This document shows, piece after piece, positions 40,375 to 51,172 of a stretch of 64,000 nucleotides of DNA. Below the pieces are notes generated by a model. The model was not told where the DNA came from, ran no database searches, and saw nothing but the letters and a program-made list of their open reading frames with translations. The position numbers and the translations under genes were made by a program. Source of the DNA: an uncultured virus (IMG/VR IMGVR_UViG_3300028833_000149) (lineage: Duplodnaviria > Heunggongvirae > Uroviricota > Caudoviricetes); IMG/VR virus record IMGVR_UViG_3300028833_000149, positions 1 through 64,000 of that record; one strand, 5' to 3'. The stretch's first letter is position 1. Each line of letters begins with the position of its first letter.

Positions 40375-41457
40375 ATGCCAACATTAGCTGAATTAAGAGA
40401 ACAATTAACTGATGAAACAATTAAGGACATACTTATACAATATGATGTAGAGTACGTTGAAGAAACTGAAGATTATATAGTATTTCCTACTTGTTGTCAT
40501 AATTTAATAGGTGGTAGTCCAAAGCTATATTATTATAAAAATAACCATCTATTCCACTGCTATACAGAATGTAATAGTAGTTTTGATATTTTTGATTTAT
40601 TAATAAAAATGCATAAATTAAGAGGTGAAGAGATTACTCTTAAACAAGCAATTAGTTTATGTAATTTAGATACAAGTTATCTACAAGATGCTGACTTAAT
40701 GAAATATGATGTTAGTAAAGATTTACGTTTCTTAAAGATAAGTAATAATAGTAAATTGGTAAATGTAGATGAACTTCAATTTAAAACTTATGATAAAGAT
40801 ATTTTAAGAAAATTTTCTTTTGATTATTTAGGTTTACAACCTTGGATGCAAGAGGGAATTAGTATAGAAATGTTGCAAAAATTTAATATAAAGTGGGACC
40901 CTTTTAGACAATGCATTATCATTCCTAACTTTGATGTAAAAGGAAATTTAATAGGTTTAAGAGGAAGATTCTTCCGCTCTGAAGATATAGCAAAAGGAAA
41001 ATATCGACCTATATTTGATAATGGAACTTTGTATAGTTATCCAACAGGAAAGAGTTTCTATGGTATTTATGAAAATCATAAAGCAATAGAAAAGAAGAAA
41101 ATGTGTATTATATTTGAAGGAGAAAAGTCTGTATTATTATTTGGTAGTATATATGGTGCAGATAATAATATTGGATTAGCAACATTAGGACAAAACATAA
41201 CAAGAGAACAAATTCAATATTTAAGAGAAATGAAAGTAAGAGATGTAATTTTAGCATATGATACAGATTATGAAGATATAGAACAACTTAAACAAGTTAA
41301 AAATAATTATGTTGAAAAAGCAAGAATTTTAGCACCTTACTTTAATGTTAGTATTTTAATTGATTATCACTTCCTATTGCCATATAAAAGTAGTCCTATT
41401 GATGGCGGTAGAGAAATATTTGAAAAAATATTAGGTGAACAATTAAAAATAAGTTAG
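40375..41457 (+). CDS. dnaG: DNA primase (DnaG-like)
   Basis: CCH..CYTEC zinc domain, IIIP, GR, FEGEKS, AYDTD TOPRIM. Confidence 0.88.
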   Translation: MPTLAELREQLTDETIKDILIQYDVEYVEETEDYIVFPTCCHNLIGGSPKLYYYKNNHLFHCYTECNSSFDIFDLLIKMHKLRGEEITLKQAISLCNLDTSYLQDADLMKYDVSKDLRFLKISNNSKLVNVDELQFKTYDKDILRKFSFDYLGLQPWMQEGISIEMLQKFNIKWDPFRQCIIIPNFDVKGNLIGLRGRFFRSEDIAKGKYRPIFDNGTLYSYPTGKSFYGIYENHKAIEKKKMCIIFEGEKSVLLFGSIYGADNNIGLATLGQNITREQIQYLREMKVRDVILAYDTDYEDIEQLKQVKNNYVEKARILAPYFNVSILIDYHFLLPYKSSPIDGGREIFEKILGEQLKIS

Positions 41458-41466
41458 AGGTAAAAA

Positions 41467-43272
41467 ATGAAGCCAATTAAGTTAAAGCAACATTATTTAG
41501 AAAATGGTATAAATATGAAAAATTATCTACAATTATGCGGCATCAGAGAAGCTGATTGTGATAGTTTTATAGTAGCTCCAAAAGAGTCTGATGAACTAAA
41601 CCCAATCTTATTAAAAAATATGCATCTTGCGGCAAGAACAGTATATGAAAGATTAAGTGATGACAATACTGTTGTGTTCGTGCAAGTTGATAGCGATATG
41701 GATGGTTGGACGTCCGCTTGCGAATTTATTCAATATGTTCACATTCGCTTTCCTAAGATTAAGTTAATTTGGAGATTACATACAGGTAAACAACACGGAG
41801 TAATTTTAGATACGGTGCCAGCAGAAGCGAATCTAATTATTATTCCAGATGCGGGTTCAAATCAGGTGGAAGAATTAACTACATTAGTTAATATGGGAAA
41901 AACAGTCGTTGTTCTTGACCACCACCAAGTTGAAGACGAAGCTGCGAGTGAAGCAAGCGGAGCAATTATCGTTAATAATCAAATAAGTCCTGACTTCCCT
42001 AATAAATCATTAAGTGGAGCAGGAGTAGTATATAAATTTTTACAATATTTTGATACTTATTATTATAAGTCCGATTTATATAAACAATTTGCTGATATTG
42101 CCACTTTTGGTATATTAGCAGATGCTATGGATATGAGAGAATTAGATAATAATTTTATTGCTTATGAAGGATTAAATCATATTCATAATAAACTAATAAG
42201 AGCAGTTATAAATCGTCAAGCTGGAGATGGTTTATATGCTAGAATATTAGATAAAGAGTCACCAACAAAGACTGAAGCAGTTTTCTATGTTGCTCCTGTA
42301 TTTAACGGTTTAATTAGATATGGAGAACAAGAGGAAAAAGAAAAAGTATTTGATGCTTTCACTACTCCTGATAGTAGCGAAATTATTGAAACTATTTATA
42401 GAGGAACTAAACGTAGCGAAAGTTTGTATGATTACTGCGCAAGAATTGCAGTTAATGCTAAAAGTAGACAAGATAATGCTAAAAAGAAAAGTATGGCAGT
42501 ACTTGCCGAAAAAATTAATGAAGAAAATCACGATAAAGATAATTTAATTATAGTAACTTTGGCTGGTAAAGAAACTGAAAAGGTTAGTCCTAACATTACA
42601 GGTCTTGTAGCTATGGATTTAGTTAAAGAATATAATCGTCCTGCTCTAGTTTTACGTGAAGTTGAAGTTGATGGTAAAAAATTATTTAGTGGTAGTGGTA
42701 GAAATGGTAATTTTAATGGACTTGAAAGTTTGTTAGACTTCTTACACGAAAGCGGATTAGTTGACTTTGCACAAGGTCATGATGGAGCTTTTGGTGTAAT
42801 GGTAGAACCTGATAAAGTTGAACAACTACGCGAATATGCGGAAACTCATATAGATAAAAAGATGTTTGATGATCAAAATATTTTTGTGGATTATTATTTC
42901 TATGGTTTAGATAGCGTAGATGTAAATGGACTTGCAGAGTTTGCTGAAGGACAAAAGATTTATTGCGGCACAATTCCTTCTCCAACATTCGCATTTGAGT
43001 TCGATATTGATACAAATGATTGTAGTTTAATGGGTAAAGAGTTAACTTCAATAAAATTTACAAATAAATTTAACGATTTTATTGTATTTAAGCGTCCAGA
43101 TATCGCCGCTTTAATTATGGACAATAGAGGAAGTAAAATTCATGTTACTATGGTAGGTAAACCATCAATGTCACCATATGGTAGATTGCAAATAACTGCT
43201 AGTGACTGCGAAGTTAGTAAAATAGTAGCACAAACAACACCTGTAAAAAGGTCAGCATTAGATTTAATTTAA
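41467..43272 (+). CDS. recJ: RecJ-like DHH ssDNA exonuclease
   Basis: DSDMDG, HG, DAG, LDHH, LSGAGV, GSGR, GH..AFG. Confidence 0.9.
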   Translation: MKPIKLKQHYLENGINMKNYLQLCGIREADCDSFIVAPKESDELNPILLKNMHLAARTVYERLSDDNTVVFVQVDSDMDGWTSACEFIQYVHIRFPKIKLIWRLHTGKQHGVILDTVPAEANLIIIPDAGSNQVEELTTLVNMGKTVVVLDHHQVEDEAASEASGAIIVNNQISPDFPNKSLSGAGVVYKFLQYFDTYYYKSDLYKQFADIATFGILADAMDMRELDNNFIAYEGLNHIHNKLIRAVINRQAGDGLYARILDKESPTKTEAVFYVAPVFNGLIRYGEQEEKEKVFDAFTTPDSSEIIETIYRGTKRSESLYDYCARIAVNAKSRQDNAKKKSMAVLAEKINEENHDKDNLIIVTLAGKETEKVSPNITGLVAMDLVKEYNRPALVLREVEVDGKKLFSGSGRNGNFNGLESLLDFLHESGLVDFAQGHDGAFGVMVEPDKVEQLREYAETHIDKKMFDDQNIFVDYYFYGLDSVDVNGLAEFAEGQKIYCGTIPSPTFAFEFDIDTNDCSLMGKELTSIKFTNKFNDFIVFKRPDIAALIMDNRGSKIHVTMVGKPSMSPYGRLQITASDCEVSKIVAQTTPVKRSALDLI

Positions 43273-43290
43273 TTTAAAGGAGTAGAAAAA

Positions 43291-43482
43291 ATGATCAGTT
43301 GGGAAACATTAGAAAAAGAATTTGGTATCAAGTTTAAACTTGCTGATGGCAGTTTTAGACCAGTAAATGAATGGTTAGATGATATTTATTTACAAAATCC
43401 TAGTCGTTTTGAAGAATTAATGGAAACAATATTCTATTATGGTGATGTTTTATTCGCGGATTTAACTACACATAAGAAGTAA
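43291..43482 (+). CDS. Hypothetical protein
   Basis: AAGGAG RBS. Confidence 0.65.
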   Translation: MISWETLEKEFGIKFKLADGSFRPVNEWLDDIYLQNPSRFEELMETIFYYGDVLFADLTTHKK

Positions 43483-43488
43483 TTTTTC

Positions 43489-43517
43489 TTGACAAAAAGC
43501 AAAAAATATTCTATAAT
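43489..43517 (+). promoter_or_regulatory. Consensus sigma70 promoter
   Basis: TTGACA-17-TATAAT. Confidence 0.85.
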
Positions 43518-43544
43518 AATAATATAGAAAGGAAGTTGTGATTT

Positions 43545-46500
43545 ATGAAAAGAGATTATATATCTATCCACAATCACACCGAATTCTCTAACATTAAAGT
43601 TATTGATAGTATCAACAGAGCTTCTGAGCTAATTGATTATGCTTGGGAGCTTAATTTAGGAGGACTAGCAATCACTGAACATGATTGTTTAAGCGGTGTA
43701 ATTAAATTAATAGAAGCATATAGAAAGAAATTAGATAAAGAATGGGAAAATGCTTTCCCTGATAAAGAAAATGTTCACAATTATGAACAAATGTCAAAAG
43801 ATTTAGATTTTAAAGTGATTATTGGTAATGAGATTTATCTTAGTGAAGAAGGACTATGCGAAGGTGGGTATGGTCATTTTTGGCATTTAATTTTATTAGC
43901 AAAAGATGAAGAAGGTTGGAAACAATTAAAGCAATTAAGCTCTGCCGCATGGAAACGTGCGTGGTTTAGAGGAATTTTAAGAACTCCAACTTATCCAAGT
44001 GATTTATTTAAGTTTGTTAAAGGTGGACATTTAATTTGTTCTACTGCTTGTTTAGGTAGTTATCCTGCATGGTGTTGGAAACAAATTAAATCAGCACGTG
44101 AAGGAGATGGATTTTTAGACTATCCTGAAGAGGGACATGATGAGCAATATTATCTTGATAAATTAGATAATCATTTAGCAGGAATGCAAGAACTATTTGG
44201 TGCAGATAACTTCTTTATTGAACTTCAACCTAATGAACCAGGTAGCGAACAAAATGAATATAATGAATTTATGATTAATAGATATAAAGGAATTTATCCT
44301 TTTGTATTTAGTACAGACTCTCATTATATGAAAGAAGAATTAAGACAAATACATACTGACTTTTTAGCATCAAAAAGTTCAGAAGATAGAGAAATAACTT
44401 CATTTTATAAGTATGCTTATATGATGAGTCAAGATGAAGTTCATAACCGTATGAGTGATTATGCTGACGAAGAGTTCTTTAATAAAATGGTAGAGAACAC
44501 AAAATATATTGGTGAACAATGCCATTATTATCCTCTTGAGCAACCTAAAGTTATAGCAAAAGTAGAATATGAACATTATGATGATTATGAGCAAGATTTA
44601 GAAGTATTTAATGATGTAACTAAAGAAGAATATCCTTATTTTTATGAATATCTTCATACAGATAATAAAGCAGACCATTATTTTATGGAATTGATTGCTC
44701 ACGGTTTTATTAAAAAATATCAAGAAGATTGGAACACTGAAACTTATTATAAACGACTTGAAGAAGAATTATGGACAATTCGTGAAGTAGGTAATGGTAT
44801 TAATCAATCAATGAGCGACTACTTTACTTGTATGAGTAAAATGGTTAATTTAATGTGGGAAGCCGGTTCTTTGGTTGGTCCAAGCCGTGGTTCCGCAGGA
44901 GCATTATTAATAAATTATTTATTAGATATAACACAAATTGATCCGATATTTTTAGATTTGCCTTATGTATGGCGTTTTATGCATCCATCTAGACCAGACT
45001 ATCCAGATATTGATGTTGACTCTGAGTCAGATAAGCGTCAAGCAGTATTTAATAAAATAAGAGATTATTTTAGAAGTATTGGTGGAGATGTTATTAATGT
45101 TTGTACATTTGGTACTGAAGGAACTAAGTCCGCATTAAAAACTGCGGCAAGAGGTCTTAATATTAATTTGGACGAAGTTGCTTATGTAAGTTCAATGGTT
45201 CCGAATGAAAGAGGTTTCGATTGGAGCTTACATGATTGTTATTATGGTAATGGCGACGATCGTTCACCTATTAGCGCTTTTAAAAAAGAAATGAATGCAA
45301 ATCCGCAATGGTGGAAATTAGCACAAAGTATCGAAGGATTAGTAACAAGACTTGGTGTTCACGCATCAGGAGTTGTCTGTGTAAATGGAGATTTTATTGA
45401 ACACGGAAGTTATATGAAAACTAATAGTGAACAATTAGTAACAGCTTTTGACTTACACGACCAAGAAAAATGTGCATTAATTAAATATGATATGTTAACT
45501 GTTTCTGCTCTTGACCGTATTCATCAATGTATGAATTATATGTTGGAAACAGGAGATATGGAATGGAAAGGTTCATTAAAAGAAACTTATGATTATTATA
45601 TTAATCCTAATAAGTTAGATTATAAAACACCTGAAATGTGGGATATGGCAGCGCAAGGTAAGATTCGTGCATTGTTCCAGTTCGATACAATCGTAGGTGG
45701 TCAAAGTATTAAATATATTGAACCTAAAAACTTACAACAATTGGCTATCGCAAACTCAATAATGAGATTAATGGCACCAGAAGGTGAAGATCAGCCAATA
45801 GATATTTATGTTAAATATAAGAGAGTTCCGCAATTATGGTATAATGATATGAAAAATGCGGGATTAAATGATGATGAAATAAAAGTGCTTGAAAAGTATT
45901 TAAAAGTTAAAAATGGTGTTGCGGACTCACAAGAAGTAGTTATGCAGCTATCAATGGACCCACAAATTAGTGGATTCTCAATGAAAGACGCCAATAGATT
46001 AAGAAAAATTATTGCAAAGAAAAACTTTAAAGATATTGAAAGTATGCATGAGTTCTATCTTGAAAGCGGCGAAAAACTTGGTACAAGTAAAGCAATGTTA
46101 AATTATGTTTGGGACAAACAATTTAAGTTATCATTTGGTTATTCATTCTCGACAATTCATACAACAGGTTATAGTGTTATTGCTGTTCAAGAAATGAATT
46201 TAGCTTATCATTATCCATCAATTTATTGGAACTGTGCTTGTTTAAGTGTAGATAGTAGTGCGATTAGTGCGCAAGACTTCTATAACTTAATTGATGATGG
46301 CGTAATTGAAGTAGATGAAGATGAAAAGAAAAAAGTAGCAAGTAAGATGGATTATTCAAAGATTGCGGCAGCACTTAGTGATTTCCGTAGTAATACATCA
46401 ATTTTATTGCCAGATATAAATAAGTCTAGATTGAGTTTTACACCAGATGCAGAAGATAACACAATTTTATATGGTTTAAAGGGTATCACAAAAGTAACTG

Positions 46501-47561
46501 ACCCAGCAATAGAAGAAATAATGATGAATAGACCATTCTCATCATTAAATGACTTTTTAGATAGAACAACTAAAAAGACAGTATCATCTGATAAAGTATT
46601 AAACTTAATTAAAGCAGGTGCATTTAATGAAATTGAGGGTAAATCAACAAGAGAGATATTAGTAAATTATATTGATATGACAAGTGATAAAAAGAGTAAA
46701 TTAACTTTACAAAATGCAAATGCATTAATAGATAGAAACTTGTTTCCTGAAGAATTATATAAAGAGTGTGAAGTATATAAATTAACAAAAGAATTAAGAA
46801 AGCATAGAAGTGCGGACAAACTTTGGTATAGAGTAGATTTTGGTTTTCCAGGTGAAAAAGAAGAAATTTGGAGAGAAGTATTTAAAGCATCTAAACCTAA
46901 AATCGAATATATTGACGATGTCCCTGTTATTAACTCTGATGCGTGGGATAATTATTATGACCGCAATATGGATAAGTTAAGAGCATATATTAAAAATAAT
47001 AGTGCAGAACTATTAGAGAAATTAAATAACTCATTGTTTCAAGAAAGATGGGATAAATATTGTCAAGGAGACGAACTTGATTGGCAACTTGAAAGTTTAA
47101 ATTTCTTCTTTGACGGACATCCATTAAATAGAGCAATAAAAGAAATTAGTATAGATTTAACTCCTTTAAAATATTTAGAGGAAGATGCTCAAGATGGTTT
47201 CTTTGTTATAAAAGGTAAAGAGATACCTAAAATGAAATTGTATAGTATTGCTGGAACAGTTATTGATAGTAACACAACAAAAAGTACAGTAACTATTCAA
47301 ACTCCTGATGGCGTTATAACTTTAAAGATTTTTAAGAGTTTATACTCAATATTTGATAAAGTTGTATATAGTGTAGATGGAATGGACGTAGTTCAAGATA
47401 GTTTCTTTGCAAAAGGAACAAATTTATTGATAACTGGTATTAAAAGAGGTTCGACTTTTGTACCAAAGGTATATAAATCAACAGGTAGAAAAGCAATATT
47501 AAAAATAAACTTAACTAAGGATAGACATTTTAAAAATTTTGAAGAAAAATTGGAGATTTAA
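43545..47561 (+). CDS. dnaE: DNA polymerase III alpha subunit (family C)
   Basis: PHP HNHTEFS/TEHD/TDSH, GPSRGSAG, PDIDVD, HASGV, KYDML, YSFS..H. Confidence 0.96.
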   Translation: MKRDYISIHNHTEFSNIKVIDSINRASELIDYAWELNLGGLAITEHDCLSGVIKLIEAYRKKLDKEWENAFPDKENVHNYEQMSKDLDFKVIIGNEIYLSEEGLCEGGYGHFWHLILLAKDEEGWKQLKQLSSAAWKRAWFRGILRTPTYPSDLFKFVKGGHLICSTACLGSYPAWCWKQIKSAREGDGFLDYPEEGHDEQYYLDKLDNHLAGMQELFGADNFFIELQPNEPGSEQNEYNEFMINRYKGIYPFVFSTDSHYMKEELRQIHTDFLASKSSEDREITSFYKYAYMMSQDEVHNRMSDYADEEFFNKMVENTKYIGEQCHYYPLEQPKVIAKVEYEHYDDYEQDLEVFNDVTKEEYPYFYEYLHTDNKADHYFMELIAHGFIKKYQEDWNTETYYKRLEEELWTIREVGNGINQSMSDYFTCMSKMVNLMWEAGSLVGPSRGSAGALLINYLLDITQIDPIFLDLPYVWRFMHPSRPDYPDIDVDSESDKRQAVFNKIRDYFRSIGGDVINVCTFGTEGTKSALKTAARGLNINLDEVAYVSSMVPNERGFDWSLHDCYYGNGDDRSPISAFKKEMNANPQWWKLAQSIEGLVTRLGVHASGVVCVNGDFIEHGSYMKTNSEQLVTAFDLHDQEKCALIKYDMLTVSALDRIHQCMNYMLETGDMEWKGSLKETYDYYINPNKLDYKTPEMWDMAAQGKIRALFQFDTIVGGQSIKYIEPKNLQQLAIANSIMRLMAPEGEDQPIDIYVKYKRVPQLWYNDMKNAGLNDDEIKVLEKYLKVKNGVADSQEVVMQLSMDPQISGFSMKDANRLRKIIAKKNFKDIESMHEFYLESGEKLGTSKAMLNYVWDKQFKLSFGYSFSTIHTTGYSVIAVQEMNLAYHYPSIYWNCACLSVDSSAISAQDFYNLIDDGVIEVDEDEKKKVASKMDYSKIAAALSDFRSNTSILLPDINKSRLSFTPDAEDNTILYGLKGITKVTDPAIEEIMMNRPFSSLNDFLDRTTKKTVSSDKVLNLIKAGAFNEIEGKSTREILVNYIDMTSDKKSKLTLQNANALIDRNLFPEELYKECEVYKLTKELRKHRSADKLWYRVDFGFPGEKEEIWREVFKASKPKIEYIDDVPVINSDAWDNYYDRNMDKLRAYIKNNSAELLEKLNNSLFQERWDKYCQGDELDWQLESLNFFFDGHPLNRAIKEISIDLTPLKYLEEDAQDGFFVIKGKEIPKMKLYSIAGTVIDSNTTKSTVTIQTPDGVITLKIFKSLYSIFDKVVYSVDGMDVVQDSFFAKGTNLLITGIKRGSTFVPKVYKSTGRKAILKINLTKDRHFKNFEEKLEI

Positions 47562-47563
47562 TT

Positions 47564-48676
47564 ATGAACATAATGATATGAGATATAGAATGATACTATG
47601 CCGCAGATAAAACTAATTTAATAAATGTTGATGCTATGAAAATAAGTAGCTATCACAAACAACGCGGCGATAATGTCTATCTAGTCAAATCAAAGTTCGA
47701 TATTAAAAGAGAGTGGGATATAATGTATATCTGTAAAGAAAATATGGATAGTCCCACTCCTCCGTTAAGTTTAACATTAAATAATCCAAAAATAATAAAA
47801 ATTGGTAATGGCTGAAAAAAATCAGACTCATTAAGCAAAATTGTTGCCGCTTGCCGTCCAGATTATTTATTATATCCTAATATGCAGAAACAAAATAATA
47901 CTGCTATTGAAAGGTCTGAATATTGACGTTTCCTTGATGATGAAGGAAATTTGTTGCCGCTTATTCAAGATGCTTCAAGACAAGAGAAAAAGAATTTTGT
48001 TGTAGTATCCGATAAAAATTTATGGAGTAAAAATGAAGAAATTATTTTACAAGTTCTCAAAAAAATACAGGATTTAGGAAAATATGTTTCATTTTTAGAA
48101 CCAATTTCAATAGAAAAATTGTTGTCTAATAAAATACTAACACAACAATTTTTAGAATTAAAATTCAAACAAAATAATAATATTAGATGGACTGAATTAA
48201 ATCTTGATAATATAGATAGTTTTATTTATTTCTATCAAGAGTTTAAAAGAGAACATAAAAATATTATATTTCAACCATTAGAAATAAACCTAGATAATTT
48301 CACAATAGAAAAAATATTAGAATATACAAATATGATTGCAAGATGTTTCTTATGTGGTTTACCTATAACAATAAAATGTAATAAAAATAAAAAGTATCCT
48401 CAAATTGTGAATATACTAAGCGATTACATAAATAGCGGCAAAAAATTGTCTTGATTAGAATACATTACATATCGTTATCATAAAAATATTAAGGATAATT
48501 CGTCCGCTGTTAAGTTATGGCTTAGTCCTAATAAGTGGAATAGTAATTTTAGAGAATTATTAAGATTAACTTATAAAAATATATCTTTTTTATGTATTAG
48601 ACCAAATAAAACATTTCTAAATAAAAATGATATTCCTTTTAATACCTTTGAAAAAACTTTTAAATACAATATATAG
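47564..48676 (+). CDS. Hypothetical protein resembling phage B12-binding/radical-SAM family, lacking CxxxCxxC (code 4)
   Basis: N..AMKISSYHKQRGDNV and PDYLLYP; 5 TGA. Confidence 0.65.
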
Positions 48677-48686
48677 GAGTGGTAAA

Positions 48687-49280
48687 ATGAAATTAAAGAA
48701 AAGTAAATTTATATGTATCTTAGATACTGAAACAACAGATGTCTATTGAAATACTTGCGCACCAATCCAAATCGCCGCAGAAATATGTGATGCTGAAGGA
48801 AATATAGTTGATACTTTCAATGAAAGAATTAAGACAACTCATAGAATTGATCCAGGTGCAAGTGAAGTTCATGGAATTTATGCTGAAGATTTAGTGAATT
48901 GCCGTAAAGAAAGTGAAGTAATATTAGATTTTTGTGCATGAATGCAAAACTGAAATTGTGATACAATATTAACTTATAATGGTGAAGTTTTTGATAGACC
49001 AATGCTTAATTTGAGATGTAAGTTATTTAAGATTGACACTCCTTATTTTGATAAAGATAAATATGGTATTGATGTATATGCAAGAGATGTTAAAGATGCA
49101 AAAAAATTAAATTTGTATGGTTTAAAATCATTAGGAAGAAAATGAAAATTAACATTAGTAAGTGAATTATTAGGCATAAATACAGAGCATGCTCACGATG
49201 CACTTGCGGATGTAGATATGACTAGACAGGTATTTTATAAACTTGACCCGCTAATTCATCCTGAGGATTGAGAAAAATAA
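48687..49280 (+). CDS. DnaQ-like DEDDh exonuclease (code 4; missing from ORF track)
   Basis: LDTETT, VHGI, YNGEVFD, AHDALADV; 5 TGA. Confidence 0.88.
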
Positions 49281-49310
49281 AAGAGCGATTACTCGCCCTT
49301 TTTTATTTTA
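49279..49310. terminator. Bidirectional terminator between convergent genes
   Basis: A-run, GAGCGA/TCGCCC stem, T-run. Confidence 0.65.
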
Positions 49311-49311
49311 T

Positions 49312-49683
49312 CTATTTATTTTTTGACTTTTTAATAGCAACTTCAATTTGTCCTTTAATCCATTGTTCTACATCACCGTAATTTTCAGTAATAAATTCAA
49401 TAGATTTTGGAGCTAATTGATTTTTAACATAAGTAACAGTATCATTTAATGCTTTTTCTTGTGCTTCTTTATCTCATAAATTTGTTCCTTTAATTGCTTC
49501 AACATATGTTTGATATGTATAATCAACTCCATCAGAGATTAAATTTAATGCACCAGTAAGAATTTTTTGTGCTTTTTCGTTTTTGATTTTGGTTCTAATT
49601 AAATTCATTACAAAAGCGCCAACTCCTGTAATAATTGCACCAACAATTCAAATAACAATCTTAGTTACTATATCTTGCCACAT
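49312..49683 (-). CDS. Holin, LL-H-like family (code 4)
   Basis: N-terminal TM, YQTYVEAIKG..WDKEAQ.KA, YGD...WI..QIE; 2 TGA. Confidence 0.78.
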
Positions 49684-49698
49684 ATTTTCATCTCCCTT

Positions 49699-50136
49699 TT
49701 ATTTTAATAATGCTATTATTATAGCTGTAATTCCGCTTATTACTGCAGCTATGGTCGCAGCATAAAAAGCTCATTTACCTTTTATTTTTTCTCTTTTTTC
49801 TTCTGAACTTAACTTTTGTTGTTCTTGCATGGCTTTTATTTGACCTTCAAGATTACTTACTCTCCCTTCTAAAACATCACTTTTTTGAAATAATTCTTTA
49901 GCTTTATTTCTGTTTGTTAAATATTTATTTTCAATCTCTTCATCGATTTTTTTTATTTCTTCTTGTTGAGATAGTTGCAATTGTAACAATTTCTCTTGAT
50001 TAACAACTACATCATCTAATTTTTTTGATACATTATCTAATGATTTTGTAGTTGTAGCAAGACTCGCTTCTGTATGTCCTATTGTCTCAGTTAGCGAGAA
50101 AAGTCGAGTAAGAATAGTTTGTTCATCTATTGGCAT
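49699..50136 (-). CDS. Coiled-coil protein with C-terminal TM (XhlA/BhlA-like lysis protein, code 4)
   Basis: TGA at 49771-49773 precedes hydrophobic AFYAATIAAVISGITAIIIALLK. Confidence 0.72.
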
Positions 50137-50180
50137 AATTAATCACCACCGCAAATAAATGCTTCTCTTATCCTATTTAT

Positions 50181-50209
50181 ATTATAATTCGCCGACGCGA
50201 AATTAGCAA
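50181..50209 (-). promoter_or_regulatory. Promoter of lysis genes with palindromic spacer
   Basis: TTGCTA-17-TATAAT on minus strand; spacer contains TTCGC-N4-GCGAA. Confidence 0.65.
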
Positions 50210-50247
50210 TTTTCGAAAATTAATACTATACTATTTATATACAGGAG

Positions 50248-50433
50248 ATGATAATTATGGAAATTAAAATCAATGGAATCGAACAAAATATTTGCGATTT
50301 TTCAACAGATATTTTGATTATAGAAAAAAGTAGAATAGAGAAAAAAATTTGTAATATGGAATACATTTCTGCAGAAGAAATAACATCACTTGCAGTCATT
50401 GAACAAGAGTTAGAAAGAAGAAGTGAGTGCTAA
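50248..50433 (+). CDS. Hypothetical protein
   Basis: AGGAG RBS, coupled to next gene. Confidence 0.6.
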   Translation: MIIMEIKINGIEQNICDFSTDILIIEKSRIEKKICNMEYISAEEITSLAVIEQELERRSEC

Positions 50434-51161
50434 TGGCAAAGTTATCTGCGGAAAAAATCAATGAAGAACTACAAGAAAAAGGATTTGAATTAGTAGATAG
50501 TAGTGGATATGAAAATTTAACAAGTTTTATTACTATTAAATGTCCTAAAGGTCATATCACTCAAACTAATTTAAAAAGTTTTAGACATGAAAGTTATCAA
50601 TGTCCAGAATGTGATAAAAGCGTAGATTTTAGTAATCCTACCAATGTACCTGATAAGGGAGATAAATTCCGTGTTATTGCTTTTGACCAAGCAACAGAGC
50701 ATTTTGGATTAAGTATTTTTGATGATGGAAAATTAGTATATTATAAATTATTTGTATTTACTGGTTCTGCTATCAATAGAATGGTAAAAATTAGAAAGAT
50801 GATAGATGAACTTGTAATTAAACAATGAAAACCAGACTATATTGTTTTTGAAGATATACAATATCAAAATGGATACATAACTTTTAAAACTCTTGCTATG
50901 TTATTAGGTGTAGTTCACGAAGTATGCCAAGCTAATGATGTTCCTTTTGAATGTGTTAGTCCTAATGTCTGACGTAAATATGCAGGAACGTGCGGCAAAA
51001 CTAGACAAGAAGAAAAAATGTTATCAATAGCAGTAGTAAAAGAAAAATATAATGTGTCTGTAACTGACGATGTTGCGGAAGCAATATTGATTGGTCGATA
51101 CGGCGCGGCACATCACTACGCTCAAGGACAAGTTTTATTTGGAAAGAAAAAAACCTCTTAA
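50433..51161 (+). CDS. Zn-ribbon + RuvC-like Holliday junction resolvase (code 4)
   Basis: CPKGH..CPEC; IAFDQAT..FG, (W)KPDYIVFED, P.VWR, DDVAEAILIG; 2 TGA. Confidence 0.85.
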
Positions 51162-51172
51162 TTGAGGTTTTT
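51149..51172. terminator. Bidirectional terminator
   Basis: AAAAACCTC-TTAATT-GAGGTTTTT. Confidence 0.75.

Noticed and set aside
428..48168. Minus-strand and alternate-frame track ORFs overlapping plus-strand genes (e.g. 428..637, 10315..10668, 22771..23043, 35594..36013, 42713..43051)
   Set aside because: Shadows of well-supported genes; no RBS or motifs
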